64,000 bases of DNA from Eledone cirrhosa (GCA_964016885.1 OZ024743.1:82460001-82524000); one strand, 5' to 3'; counted from the first letter of the stretch, positions 41,254 through 55,340 are shown. Translations and numbers: made by a program. The notes: a model not told the origin generated them from the letters alone.

Positions 41254-41339
41254 TGCTATATATAAGGAAATGTTCATCTTGCTAACTCTGATTTGAAAAG
41301 TTGATAGTTTTGACGAAATATTGGAGTAAACACTATTCA

Positions 41340-41528
41340 TAATTGTTTCTACTTTTTGGCACAAGGCCAGCAAATACCAGTACATTACTGGTACTTTATT
41401 TTATCGACCCCGTAAGAATGAAAGGCAAAGTTAACCTCGGCGGGATTTGATCTCAGACCGTAAAGGGACGTAACTATGCTAGAAAGCATGGCGTCCAACC
41501 CTCTACCGATACTGCCAATTCACCGCCC
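41340..41528 (-). mobile_element. SINE family A
   Basis: Full motif set; 17-bp TSD TAAACACTATT(C/A)ATAAT at 41327-41343 and 41529-41545. Confidence 0.94.
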
Positions 41529-42856
41529 TAAACACTATTAATAATATATATGAGAGAGATCAAAGATATCAAGCTATGACAGTGACACGTAGGTCAGAAG
41601 TTTCGTTAAGAACAACTTATCAGGTGATAAAGGGTCTTAAGCACGAATCTCCTGGCCCTTGAGCCATATAGCTTCACATCTATACTAAAATATGCACCAC
41701 ACTACCCATTGGTCAAAGGTTTGAAGTAAGGGTAGCCGCGTAACATCATATAAACAGAAATATTCGTAAGTATATTGAATTTGATTAGACAACAGTACCT
41801 CTAAATTTGATTTGATTCATAGAAATAGCGGCTATAGATAAAACTATTGAGTTTTGTTCCCTCATATATACAGAGGTAGACAGAGGTAGTCACTATAGTT
41901 CCCAGCCTCAGTTTAAAGAGTATGATAATTAAGCCTGTCTCGTCTCTATTCAAGTGCAGAGTTCAGTCACCACTGTTGATATTAGAAAGAGGGAAGCCCT
42001 CCACCAGGCAACCATGTTGGACGGACACTAAATGAAGGACATGACTGAAGATGCATGTTATCCAGCCATCTTTCCAATGTAACTACTAAATTATGAAATA
42101 TACACACATCGCCACTAACACACACATGCATAGGTACACACAAACACACGCATATACATACATATAGATTGATATCAAATGCAGCCACTCATGCATATAC
42201 ACTTTTATATATATACTTACACACACACACTCACATATACACATTTATATATGTACTTACACACACACACTCACATACACGTAAATCTATACATGTGCAC
42301 ACAGACAACCAAATTCATATACACTTAGACACATACACACACACACACATAAACCCATACATATGTACATTGATGCAGGTATACAGCCACACACACACAA
42401 ACATACATTCCATATAAAGATGGCGTCATGTGTGCTACGCAATAATTAATTATTGAATTAAAGTAATTACTAAACACATTTGTGGGAGTCCGTTTAATGG
42501 AGAACATCACCGTGGCTGGCCAGTCGTGGGGCTGGGTGGTGGGAGAGGGTGGGTAGTGGCTGAGCAGTGGTGGGGCTGGGTGGCGAGAGAGATTGTGTTT
42601 GGAAAGTGGTGGTGGGTGGGGTGGTTCTAGATTAGGCAGAGAAGACCAGAAGGAAAGCAGGAGAGAGCGAAGAGACTGATAGAGAGTAAGGAAGACAAGA
42701 TAAATAGAGAGGGGGCGAATATATAATATATAGAGCGGAGAAATGATAGACGGAGAGAGAGAGAGAGGGAGAGAGAGAGAGAGAGACGAGCTGATAAATA
42801 GATAGATAGGGACATAAAATGGGTTATATGTAAACAGATGTAGTGCTGGGTTAGGG

Positions 42857-42938
<82 letters not shown>

Positions 42939-42945
42939 ATATACT

Positions 42946-43233
42946 TGGGGAGGGTCATATTGTTGTAATAATATTGCCTGAATTAATAACAGAACACACT
43001 TACTGTTTGGTTGGTTTTCGCTTCTGTATCTTTTACATCAGTTAATTTATTCGGTCCTCAATGTTTACCATTGATTGATCAACGGTCAAAAATACAGATA
43101 TAATATAGATATAAACACATATATATAGTCTAACAAAGTTCTTTCGTTGCACATCTGCAACATCGTCAGTGGTGCTATTATGTTCCTCCTGTTGTATTGT
43201 ATATTTACGCCATCTTGGCGTAAATATACAATA
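42946..43233 (+). mobile_element. Dispersed repeat family I, uninterrupted copy ending in an 18-bp hairpin
   Basis: Homolog of 21971-22430; TATTGTATATTTACGCCA-TCT-TGGCGTAAATATACAATA at 43195-43233. Confidence 0.85.
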
Positions 43234-43646
43234 GATAGAAGTGGTATTTTCAGCAGTGGGGGAAGCTACTTTATATATATATATATAGAGAGAGAGAGAT
43301 GATGGGTTGATGGGTAGACAGTCGGAAACAGTGGAGAGATGTATTACAGTGATGTTGGAAGCAATGGTGGATTACTTTATAGAGAGAGAGGTAGGTTGAT
43401 GGGTAGGCAGTCCTAGAGAGAGGGGGGTTGCTGGGTAGACAGTCCTAGAGAGAGAGAGAGAGAAGGGGGGGGTGATGAGTAGACATTCTGAAACAGTGGA
43501 GAGATGTGTTACAATGAAGCGGCATTGTGAGCAATGGTGGAGCTATCCAGAAAATAATTGCTGAAGCTCCACGCAGTTCTTTAAGACGCACAAAACATAT
43601 GTTAACAGTACCAATTGATATATATACATACTACACACACACACAT

Positions 43647-43681
<35 letters not shown>

Positions 43682-43819
43682 CTTACATATACACACATAT
43701 GTATATATACATATATATCAATAATATCAATAAATGGAAACGATCTTTATAAAACCATATTTATTTTATTATATATATTTCAAGGATATCACAATTTTGG
43801 CACGCACTCATCGGATATA

Positions 43820-44580
43820 CTTATATGTATATATATTTACATACATACATATGTATACATACATACATAAATATATATATATATATATTTACATACATAC
43901 ATATGTATACATACATACATAAATATATATATATATTTACATACATACATATGTATACATACGTACATAAATATGTATATATATTTACATACATACATAT
44001 ATATACATACATACATAAATATGTATATATATTTACATACATATGTATACATACATACATAAATATGTATATATATTTACATACATACATACATAAATAT
44101 GTATATATATTTACATACATATGTATACATACATACATAAATATGTATATATATTTACATACATACATACATAAATATGTATATATATTTGCATACATAT
44201 GTATACATACATACATAAATATGTATATATATATTTACATACATACATATATATACATACATACATATATATACATACATACATAAATATGTATATATAT
44301 TTACATACATACATATATATACATACATAAATATGTATATATATTTACATACATATATATACATACATATGTATATATATTTACATACATACATATGTAT
44401 ACATACATACATAAATATGTATATATATTTACATACATATATATATGTACATACATACATAAATATGTATATATATTTACATACATATATATATAGGTAC
44501 TTGCATATATATACATACATACATACATAAATATATATATATATATTTTACATACATATATATGTGTACATACATACATG
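43820..44580. repeat. AT-rich (TACA)n/AAATATGTATATATATT minisatellite
   Basis: Tandem low-complexity units. Confidence 0.95.
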
Positions 44581-44706
44581 TGTGTGTATATACACATCTA
44601 CATGATCTTTATACACGCTGTTGCAATGACTTTCTTAATTTCTTTATTCTCAAGGATAACCTGAAGACGTTTACACACACACACAGTCTCTCTCTCTCAC
44701 ACACAG

Positions 44707-44794
<88 letters not shown>

Positions 44795-44954
44795 AGTCTC
44801 TCTCTCCACACACACACACACACACGCACACGCAGTCTCTCTCTCTCTCTCACGCTCACACAGCCCCCCCCCCCTTCACACACACCAAAGAACGGAAAAA
44901 CAGTTGTATGGTCTTTACTTCTTCTGACATTTTTTCTTCAGTCTATATGGCTGT

Positions 44955-45000
44955 AGTGTGTGTGTGTGTGCTCTATTGTGTGTTCTGTGTGTATGCTCTG

Positions 45001-45033
<33 letters not shown>

Positions 45034-46017
45034 TTGTGTTGTGTATGCTCTGTTGTGTGTGTGTGTGTGTGTCTTGTGTTGTGTATGCTCTGTTGTGTGT
45101 GTCTGTGTGTGTGTGTGTCTTGTGTTGTGTATGCCCTGTTGTGTGTGTTGTGTGTGTCTTGTGTTGTGTATGCTCTGTTGTGTGTGTGTGTGTCTTGTGT
45201 TGTGTATGCTCTGTTGTGTGTGTGCCTTGTGTTGTGTATGCTCTGTTGTGTGTGTGTCTTGTGTTGTGTATGCTCTGTTGTGTGTGTGTGTATCTTGTGT
45301 TGTGTATGCTCTGTGTGTGTCTTGTGTTGTGTATGCTCTGTTGTGTGTGTGTGTGTCTTGTGTTGTGTATGCCCTGTTGTGTGTGTGTGTGTCTTGTGTT
45401 GTGTATGCCCTGTTGTGTGTGTGTGTGTGTGTCTTGTGTTGTGTATGCCCTGTTGTGTGTGTGTGTGTGTCTTGTGTTGTGTATGCTCTCTTGTGTGTGT
45501 GTGTGTGTGTGTGTGTGTCTTGTGTTGTGTATGCTCTGTTGTGTGTGGTGTGTCTTGTGTTGTGTATGCTCTGTTGTGTGTATGCGTGTGTCTTGCGTTG
45601 TGTATGCTCTGTTGTGTGTGTGTCTTGTGTTGTGTATGCTCTGTTGTGTGTCTTGTGTTGTGTATGCCCTGTTGTGTGTTGTGTCTTGTGTTGTGTATGC
45701 TCTATTGTGTGTGTGTGTGTGTGTTGTGTTGTGTATGCTCTGTTGTGTGTGCGTGTGTGTGTCTTGTGTTGTGTATGCTCTGTTGTGTGTGTGTGTGTGT
45801 CTTGTGTTGTGTATGCTCTGTTGTGTGTGTGTGTCTTGTGTTGTGTATGCCCTGTTGTATGTGTGTGTGTCTTGTGTTGTGTATGCCCTGTTGTGTGTGT
45901 GTGTGTCTTGTGTTGTTTATGCCCTGTTGTGTGTGTGTGTGTCTTGTGTTGTGTATGCTCTGTTGTGTGTGTGTGTGTGTGTCTTGTGTTGTGTGTCCTT
46001 GTGTTGTGTATGCCCTG

Positions 46018-46055
<38 letters not shown>

Positions 46056-46076
46056 CTTGTGTTGTGTATGCTCTCT

Positions 46077-46109
<33 letters not shown>

Positions 46110-46449
46110 CTTGTGTTGTGTATGCTCTGTTGTGTGTGTGTGTGTGTGTCTTGTGTTGTGTATGCTCTGTTGTGTGTATGTGTGTGTCTTGTGTTGTGTA
46201 TGCTCTGTTGTGTGTCTTGTGTTGTGTATGCCCTGTTGTGTGTGTGTCTTGTGTTGTGTATGCTCTGTTGTGTGTGTGTGTGTGTGTGTGTTGTATTGTG
46301 TGTGTGTGTGTGTGTCTTGTGTTGTGTATGCTCTGTTGTGTGTGTGTGTGTGTGTTTGTGTTTGTGTGTGTATGCTCTGTTGTGTGTGTGTGTCTTGTGT
46401 TGTGTATGCCCTGTTGTATGTGTGTGTGTCTTGTGTTGTGTATGCCCTG

Positions 46450-46482
<33 letters not shown>

Positions 46483-46563
46483 TTGTGTTGTGTGTCTTGT
46501 GTTGTGTATGCTCTGTTGTGTGTGTGTGTGTGTCTTGTGTTGTGTATGCCCTGTTGTGTGTGT
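44955..46563. repeat. GT-rich minisatellite GTCTTGTGTTGTGTATGCTCTGTT(GT)n
   Basis: Tandem units; source of the 543-615 aa pseudo-ORFs. Confidence 0.97.
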
Positions 46564-46826
46564 CCTTCCTATCGCTGTACACCATCTAGCAATAGTGTTT
46601 GCCTGTGTCGGTGTTTCTGTACATTGACCGCTGTCTAGTGAAGTGTAAAGACGAGACAACCAAGCGAAGCAATACCACTGTTCAGATACAGAATTACTAA
46701 GTAGAAAATAGAAAAACTGGGTAACAGTCATGTTTAAATGGATGGACACTGTACTAGTCTTACTGATTCTCTCATCCACTCCCACTCTCTCTCTCTATTA
46801 TATATATATATGTGTGTATATATATA

Positions 46827-46861
<35 letters not shown>

Positions 46862-46984
46862 CAGAGGTTATATTTAATTAAAAAATGTGTATAACTGATA
46901 TAAAGCACTCAACAAATTAGTGGAAGCTCACAACCGTTAAGGTTGTCTTTTTTTATGTCAATATTTATTTATAAAACAAATCTG

Positions 46985-47050
46985 TATTTTATCTGATGAA
47001 AGCGGACCATAATTTGCCTTGGTTGCCCTTGAAATATGTATAATAAAATA
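46985..47050 (+). ncRNA. Minimal type-I hammerhead ribozyme motif in a family D-like insert (~46861-47092)
   Basis: TATTTTAT-CTGATGA-AAGCGGACCA..TGGTTGCCCTT-GAAA-TATGTA-TA-ATAAAATA; perfect 8-bp stem I. Confidence 0.75.
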
Positions 47051-47092
47051 AATATGGTTTTATAAATATAGTTTCCATTTATTAATATATTG

Positions 47093-47123
<31 letters not shown>

Positions 47124-47134
47124 TATATATTTAT

Positions 47135-47303
<169 letters not shown>

Positions 47304-47587
47304 CACAACTTCAATTCATATATAATCGTTTTAAACGTACGTGTAATGCTGGTAACCTAAGAAAGTGTACCTGTTCTAAACCGGACACACACATACACAT
47401 ACACACTCGTGTATATGTATTATATATATATAACAGGCGTATGTGAATGTTATATAAAATATAAGTATACATAAGCTTCGCTGTGGCTCTTTTAAGCCCT
47501 GATCGTGTGGCAGATACCAGAGTAATTTTATTAGAACACCAGACAATAGTCTTTCAGAATGTTTATCCATCTTCACTTAGAGAGAAA

Positions 47588-47749
47588 AATAATCGTTTCT
47601 ACTTTTGGTACAAGGCCAGCAATTACCCAGTACATTACTGGTACTTTATTTTCGTTCCCGTAAGTTCGAAAGGCAAAGTTAACCTCGGTGGGATTTGAAC
47701 TCAGACCATAAAGGGCCGTAACTCTTTGTTGCAAAGCATGGCGTCCGAC
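47588..47749 (-). mobile_element. SINE family A truncated by the assembly gap
   Basis: Tail, core and B box present; runs into Ns. Confidence 0.9.
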
Positions 47750-47949
47750 NNNNNNNNNNNNNNNNNNNNNNNNNNNNNNNNNNNNNNNNNNNNNNNNNNN
47801 NNNNNNNNNNNNNNNNNNNNNNNNNNNNNNNNNNNNNNNNNNNNNNNNNNNNNNNNNNNNNNNNNNNNNNNNNNNNNNNNNNNNNNNNNNNNNNNNNNNN
47901 NNNNNNNNNNNNNNNNNNNNNNNNNNNNNNNNNNNNNNNNNNNNNNNNN
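47750..47949. other. Assembly gap (200 N)
   Basis: Run of N; the round length suggests an arbitrary scaffolding gap. Confidence 0.99.
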
Positions 47950-48255
47950 TGTCACTAAACCGGTCAGATGATCAACTTCGATGGTATGGACACGGGGCGT
48001 GTGGATTCAGTTTAGTGGAACGGAACAGAATCCTGGCCGCTGCTGCAGCTGCAGCCGCCGCTGGGAATCCCGTGTCTTTAGGTCCACCTACCCTCGGACC
48101 AACTTATGATAACCACCGTCCAAGTGTGACGGCCGGAGTGCCTCGGAGTACAGTTTCGGAACTCGCCGCCCGCACTGGAACACCATCAGGATTGAGTTCT
48201 ATGGGACACTACCCCAAAAGCTACTTGCCACATTCAATGGCGCTCAGATCAACTA
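47950..48255 (+). CDS. Host coding exon, 5' end in the gap; poly-Ala, Pro/Ser/Gly-rich (transcription-factor-like disordered region)
   Basis: GC-rich island; frame open from the gap edge ([40 protein letters not shown]...HSMALRST); mixed Ala codons; donor A|GTAAGT at 48255/48256 (phase 1). Confidence 0.7.
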
Positions 48256-48293
48256 GTAAGTAATAATTCTCATTCCACGTATCCCACCCACAC

Positions 48294-48297
<4 letters not shown>

Positions 48298-48364
<67 letters not shown>

Positions 48365-48374
48365 ACTCACTCAC

Positions 48375-48414
<40 letters not shown>

Positions 48415-48443
48415 GCTCACTCACTCTCTCTCTCTCTCTCTAC

Positions 48444-48474
<31 letters not shown>

Positions 48475-48493
48475 CGTCTCTCTCTCTCTCCCC

Positions 48494-48560
<67 letters not shown>

Positions 48561-48562
48561 AC

Positions 48563-48607
<45 letters not shown>

Positions 48608-48631
48608 TCTTCTCTCTCTCTATATATATAC

Positions 48632-48668
<37 letters not shown>

Positions 48669-48708
48669 CTCATATATATATACATATATGTATATACATA
48701 CATATATG

Positions 48709-48776
<68 letters not shown>

Positions 48777-48844
48777 CATATATATATATATATATATATG
48801 TACATACATATATGTATATACATATATATATATATATATATATG

Positions 48845-48932
<88 letters not shown>

Positions 48933-48946
48933 TATATATATATATA
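48298..48946. repeat. (CT)n then (TA)n microsatellites
   Basis: Visible. Confidence 0.97.
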
Positions 48947-49228
48947 GGTTATTAGGTCATCTTTCACAATAGCACCGTTTTCAAATGTGACTATTTTTCT
49001 TAACGAACTAAATTCCCTCTCTTTGTTATCTACCAATTATCAGGGTCTCGCGAGGTTAAAGTGTGATTTTAGTCGAATAGTTTACACACATGACAAATAA
49101 CTATAAATCAGATACAGGGCAGTCGTTGGGTTGAGACTCATGTCGTGGCACCTTGGAAAGTGTCTTATTCTATAGTACTCTTATTTCTGTCGAGTTATAA
49201 ACAAACAGTAAAGGTAAACACAGGCAAC

Positions 49229-49326
<98 letters not shown>

Positions 49327-49344
49327 TATATATATGTGCATGTA

Positions 49345-49530
49345 GAATCCCGATGTATATCAGGTGACGACAAATGTCAAAAAAAGTACTCAATACGTCA
49401 GTAGAGTTTAAGTATATTTATTTTATAATGGAAAAGACTTCTACAGGACTAGATCTGTTTCATTTGTCATAAATCATCAGCAAATGTCTTACGAATGATA
49501 CAGCTCTAGTCATGTAGCTGTGATTTCTAT
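49345..49530 (-). mobile_element. Fold-back element family E
   Basis: Minus-strand tail ACTCTACTGACGTATTGAGTACT; CTTCTACAGGACTAGA arm; minus-strand CTGATGATTT..AAATGAAAC. Confidence 0.6.
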
Positions 49531-49949
49531 AAAACGTGTGTATGTCGCATGCTAAGTATGTCTTACACAGGGATTAATTATTTCCTATGGTAGAAAATAT
49601 ACCATGTGTGTGTGTGTGTGTTAACCTATTTCTTTAATAATCGCCAAACCAGATCAGTTCCACACGTCGTAGCAACAGATTCCATAAGAATTGTATATTT
49701 TCTCATAACAACATATTCCTAATCACAAGAGAAGTAAAAAAAAAAGGGAAAAAAGCCCGCATAAACGATTCTTAAAAAATTTATTAATAAACAATTTTCC
49801 TATAATTCTTTCTTATCTTCTGAAATTTCGTCATCTATGTGAAAAATTGATAATTTTTGCAAATAATAATAATAATAATTTGGAAACGGTTCTATTTTGC
49901 AAGATAGATAGCCTATCTCCCTCTTCCCCTCTTTCTTTCTGTCTCTCTT

Positions 49950-49997
<48 letters not shown>

Positions 49998-50001
<4 letters not shown>

Positions 50002-50235
50002 CATGGTGGCTGCCAACTCGTTTTCGAGTACGGCCATTACATTATATCCATGTAGGAGAACCCCTACCGATGCGCTGAACGAGTGTGACTTTTTAGTCCA
50101 GCCAGCGACTTGAAAACTCTGGTACAAACACTACACTTGTGACAATTATTGACACATAGTGCTGGGCCCATGGTACCATGTGACGACAAGTGCAGAGAGA
50201 TCTCCAGATACAAAGCAATGTCTGTGCCGTGAAGC
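49998..50235 (-). mobile_element. RTE(BovB-type) LINE 3' end with terminal C2H2-like finger
   Basis: CSVCTRVFKSLAGLKSHTRSAHR*, then a short UTR with CTCG-AAAA-CGAG hairpin, GGCAGCC and an (ATGT)n tail. Confidence 0.7.
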
Positions 50236-50261
50236 TTTAATATACATACATACATATATAC

Positions 50262-50310
<49 letters not shown>

Positions 50311-50575
50311 TGAAGGCACGTGGCCTAGTGGTAAGGGTGTTGGACTTACGATCATAATGTCGTGTGCTCGATTCCTGGGCTGCGTGTTGTGTTCTTGAGC
50401 TTCATTTCACGTTGCACCAGTATACTCAGCTGAAAATGCATTAGCTGGAGGTTTAACCCTGCGATGGCTGCGTCCTGTCCATGGGAGAGTATTGTACTCT
50501 TAGTCGCTTCACGCCATGAAACCGGGATAAGCACCGGCCAAATGACCCGTCTGGCTTACGACAGACTTTAGACTT
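50311..50575 (+). mobile_element. tRNA-CORE SINE (family B), near full length
   Basis: TGGCCTAGTGGTAAG (A box), GCTCGATTCC (B-box-like), CORE-like TTTCACGTTGC.CCAGT, ACCCTGCGATGG segment, GACTTTA tail repeats. Confidence 0.85.
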
Positions 50576-50584
50576 TTTTTTAGA

Positions 50585-50628
<44 letters not shown>

Positions 50629-51071
50629 TTGCTTTTAAAACTGGTTTTTCAAATTTGTTGTGTTCACAAATTTTGTTTTAAAATGTTTTTTAAAAAAAGG
50701 AAAGACGAAAAAATGAAAAGAAAAGATAAAAGTGTGGGTTCGAACTGTTGACCTGTCTGTTTAGAAAATATTATTTTCAGGATAACCAACTACAACTACC
50801 GTGTGGATTTATTTTACTTTTTATCGCTTCTTTTATTTTAGCTTTATTGTTGTTTCCTTATATGAAATGTAACTTATGAAATGGCGCTTACACATTACTT
50901 TGCTTCCATTGTTTACGATATATCACTTTAATAGTTGCAAAACAGGGGGAGATAATTCTCACCTCATATATTTTACTGAGAAATTGAATGTGTCAATTGA
51001 ATGAGTCGTGTTTGCTTGTCTTTCGATATGTTTGTCACATATTCTGGGATCTACGTCATACATAAATGGAG

Positions 51072-51107
<36 letters not shown>

Positions 51108-51580
51108 TTGGTGTTCTGAAATATATATACATTCATATATATATATATGAATGTTTGTATCTAAGTTTGTTGATGAGAAAACAGCCGTAGAATTGGAAAG
51201 TTGAATTGAATTAGCAACTTTCGCCGTATTGTTGACTACAGAAAATAGTTTAATAAGAGGATTTATAAGTCCCCAGAAGGCTGATGCCCGTTTCTTCCCG
51301 TTTGGGAGGTTTATACGTCCTGTTATTATGAGACTACAATATTTTGTAGTCAACAAAATATGATGTGATTTACTGATTCAATTCAGATATGAAACTCATA
51401 TAAGCGCCAGCAGATGAGTTCACAATTTTGATCACTCTTACATTCTGGAAATATGGTCAATATTGGGTGTTGAAACCTTAGGTAACGCTTTTCTTCCATC
51501 TATGAACATAAATAAACAATACACAGTCACTATTACACACATGCATTGGTTTACATGTATAGATGTTTATTGTGTATCGA

Positions 51581-51627
51581 CCTGTTACGCGCGTTTCGCA
51601 GAGGATTGACTCAAGGTCACCAATAGG
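51581..51627 (-). ncRNA. Degenerate hammerhead-like motif
   Basis: Minus strand: CCTAT-TGGTGA..C-GAAA-CGCGCG-TA-ACAGG, then AATAAA; palindromic stem III ACGCGCGT but a mutated core. Confidence 0.35.
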
Positions 51628-52004
51628 AGTTATTGACCCGACTCCACTATCGATCTGCTCTTTAGACTGGCGATGTGACAACAAATATAGCGTTTTTATA
51701 ATGTATAGCTGGTGTATTTTTGTTTCCTCACAAACAGCTTTTATTGCTGAACGAAACAATATTTTTATCAATTATATTCTTCATAATTTATAGAAATCTC
51801 TCATCTTTAGAAGATTGGATTTTTATTGTTTTCTTTTCTGGTTTGGAGTTATTCTTGTTTTAAGTAATAAGACTAACAATAGTTATTTGTATTCACACAT
51901 CAATACGTTCAGAAATAAGCAGTTCGTTTTCATATGTATGTGTGTACATCCATGTGTATGTGTATATCTGTACGTTTAAGGGCGTTCAGATATAGAGACA
52001 ACGA

Positions 52005-52061
<57 letters not shown>

Positions 52062-52068
<7 letters not shown>

Positions 52069-52389
52069 AAAGAAACGGAGAATCAGTGGTGCGACGAATT
52101 AAAATTTATTAGACATATTACAATCGTCTTTCTGGCGACCAGATCGAGGCACGATCGATGCGATGATCGAACTTGACTCTGAAATCGCAAGATCCTCAGA
52201 TACGTCTCGATTCTTCGAAGCAGAGTTTCCAAATGTCAGTTAATTGGACAACCATTGTAATATGTCTAATAAATTTTAATCCGTCGCACCACTGATTCTC
52301 CGTTTCTTTGTGATATTATACTCTGCTCTGTAAGAGCATCGAGTGCTCAAACGGCCTACCGCATACGGACGCTTTAAGCAACCCACACC

Positions 52390-52392
<3 letters not shown>
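52062..52392 (+). mobile_element. (TA)n-embedded fold-back element, family G
   Basis: ~62-bp near-perfect arms 52062-52123 / 52254-52315, 130-bp loop, tail TACTCTGCTCTGTAAGAGCATCGAGTGCTC. Confidence 0.8.
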
Positions 52393-52444
<52 letters not shown>

Positions 52445-52949
52445 ATGTAGAAAGGTAACACACGAGTATAATATATATATAAAACAAATAGTAGAAAGGA
52501 ATATATAGTTAAATTGTTATATGCTTGATTAATGCAAAATATGACGGAAAAAAATAGTAGACAGATCAGCCTACGGGAATGGACTCACACATCTATAGTA
52601 TGTTGGAGACCTGCTTTTACCATTGCACCAAGACTATCTGACATCTCGTCACCGTCACTCTAGAGTACGTAAATAGCTACCGAAAGACTTTGCAATTGTG
52701 TACCTCCACTAATATCACACAAATTTCGTTATTAAGGCAACAGCTTCTTAATCGCCAATGTACACACAAACACACACATACACACACACATAATTACATA
52801 CACATATACACACATACACACATAATTACACAACAGCATGTATAAAAATAAAACCTTGTCCCCTGACAACTTACAAATCCTCAACGTTCTGAGAGATAGC
52901 AATCTTTAAAGTTATGTACACATTTATCACTCGCTCTCCCTCTCTTTCA

Positions 52950-53100
<151 letters not shown>

Positions 53101-53531
53101 TACATATATATATACATATATAGTGTTTGTGTTTGTTATTACATCCACATGTATTAGTAAGTATTACTGCTGTTAAAAGATCTAATGTATATATAATTTC
53201 CTGGTGCCACTATTAATAGATGGAATTAGAAGATATGTTAGAAATGGTAGCAATGGTATCAGCTGGTGGTTTGTGTTGTTGTTATTGGTGGTGGTGGGGG
53301 GTTATAAATGGTAGCAATGGTATCAGCTGGTTGTTGTTGTTGGAACTCCGAGATATACTTTCCAAGGTTACTCAGTAAAAATGTTGGTAAGTCAGTGCAT
53401 TGCATTGATTTATGGCTATTGGGGGGAGGGGGCAGTTTATATAATTACGGTTTAGATTGACTGTAGCAATATTATATGCGGTTCTGTCATATGTCTATTG
53501 TAAATTATATATATATCTGTATATGTATGTC

Positions 53532-53599
<68 letters not shown>

Positions 53600-53604
53600 A
53601 GAGA

Positions 53605-53935
53605 GTATTGAAGTTTTCTTGAAGCATTGTGGAATAATAAAAAAAATGTTCGTTTTGGGAGCCTCAACAATGCAGATGGGTAAATCTCCGGGTAACAGAA
53701 TCCGGTGGTGAAGAGAGAGATGTAAGGGAATGTAGAATGAGACGTATAGTGTGTAGAGGAACGTAGGAAAAATAAAAATAACAACACGAGATAGAGTTAT
53801 CTTGGGAGAGATTTAATTGTCCCTATATTTCGGATTCGCATCCATCAACTGGGGGGTTTTCCGGGGGGGGGGGGGTTATTTGTCGGAAAGGAACGGTACG
53901 TGGCCCCTGTTGTCCGCTGTTTGTGTGTAACTGAG
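53605..53935. mobile_element. Family H single-arm copy
   Basis: Shares TTGAAGCATTGTGGAATA..CAATGCAGATGGGTAAATCTCCGGGTAACA with 8157-8230; TA-flanked. Confidence 0.8.
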
Positions 53936-53936
53936 G

Positions 53937-53988
<52 letters not shown>

Positions 53989-54111
53989 ACTTGCATGAAA
54001 AAATCAGATATTTTTTAAAAACTGTGAAAACTATTGCAATATGTTCCACATGTGATTAGAACCCGCAACGTCAGGAGTGAAATTATAGGATTGCAAATAT
54101 CATGTCAGCAG

Positions 54112-54112
54112 C

Positions 54113-54187
<75 letters not shown>

Positions 54188-54233
54188 CTGTTTCTGTCTC
54201 TCTTGAAAATACCAACCTTATTACTATCTTCTA

Positions 54234-54288
<55 letters not shown>

Positions 54289-54386
54289 TAACTACTACAA
54301 CTATAACTACTACAACTATAACTACTACTACTATAACTACTACTACAACAACTACTACTACTACTATAACTATTACTACTACTACT
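54112..54386. repeat. Inverted microsatellite pair (TAG)n / (CTA)n
   Basis: 54112-54184 and 54232-54386 are complementary, with a ~48-bp spacer. Confidence 0.9.
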
Positions 54387-55274
54387 ATTTTTTCATTTTG
54401 TTTCGTTTTCTTGCTTTTGTTTCTTCTTTATTAATCTTGTTTTTGTTTTTGTTGTTAATGTTACTCTCCCTCCACCTCCTCCTCACCGCTTCTCCCTCCC
54501 CCTCCTTCCTTACCGCTTCTGCCTCCTCCTCCACCTCCTCATCACTTCCTCCTCTTTCATCACCACTTCTCCCCCCTCCTCTGTGTTGACAATAGGTTTA
54601 CGTCCATTGATCTCTTATCAAAACACTCTCAGCTAATTGATTTCTTTCTATCGAGATCGATACCTTAACAGCTATTTATTTATCTGGCAACATCGATTAA
54701 GACTTGACAGCACTCACACATATACACACAAACATATACACACATCCATTCATACCTACACATACATACACACACAAACATACCTACCCATATATCCATA
54801 CCTACACACACACAACAGTGTCGTGTTGACAGTCGTTAGAACATCAGAGGCAATGTTTTCTGGTTCAAATTCCTCCAAGATCAAATTTGGTTTTCATCAT
54901 TTCCAGGTCGATAAATAAAGTTCCATGTTAGTACAGAGCAGCGCCCCCCCCCCCTCTCTCTCAGAAACCATTGTTCATGTTGGCCCATCTACGACCCCGT
55001 TGGAAGTTAGGGCCGAAAGATATATTTTCATTTTTTTCTTTCTTAGTCCATTTCTTCTTCCACCGACTTTCGTTGAAGCTCTAACGTCCGAAACGTTAAG
55101 AATCTTTTCCTACTACGTTAAACTGATATCTTTGTATTGTTATCCCGTCTATTTATGATATGTTATGATATGTTATAAAGAGTCGGGGCCCATACTCTAC
55201 TACCCCAGGTATCGAGTACTCTGTTGAGCAATGATCTAACTAGTTTAAAACTGGTTCAATCCTGAAATGATATA

Positions 55275-55337
<63 letters not shown>

Positions 55338-55340
<3 letters not shown>

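Noticed and set aside
44908-46785. ORFs of 543-615 aa (Cys/Val- or Thr/His-rich)
   Set aside because: Translations of a GT-rich minisatellite open in several frames on both strands
47975-47995. LRWYGH resembling the RTE RLRWYGHV motif
   Set aside because: Surrounding residues lack RTE similarity; treated as coincidence within a host exon
50064-50267. C2H2 zinc-finger gene
   Set aside because: Single terminal finger followed at once by a stop, a hairpin and a microsatellite tail, as in RTE LINE 3' ends; no TGEKP linkers
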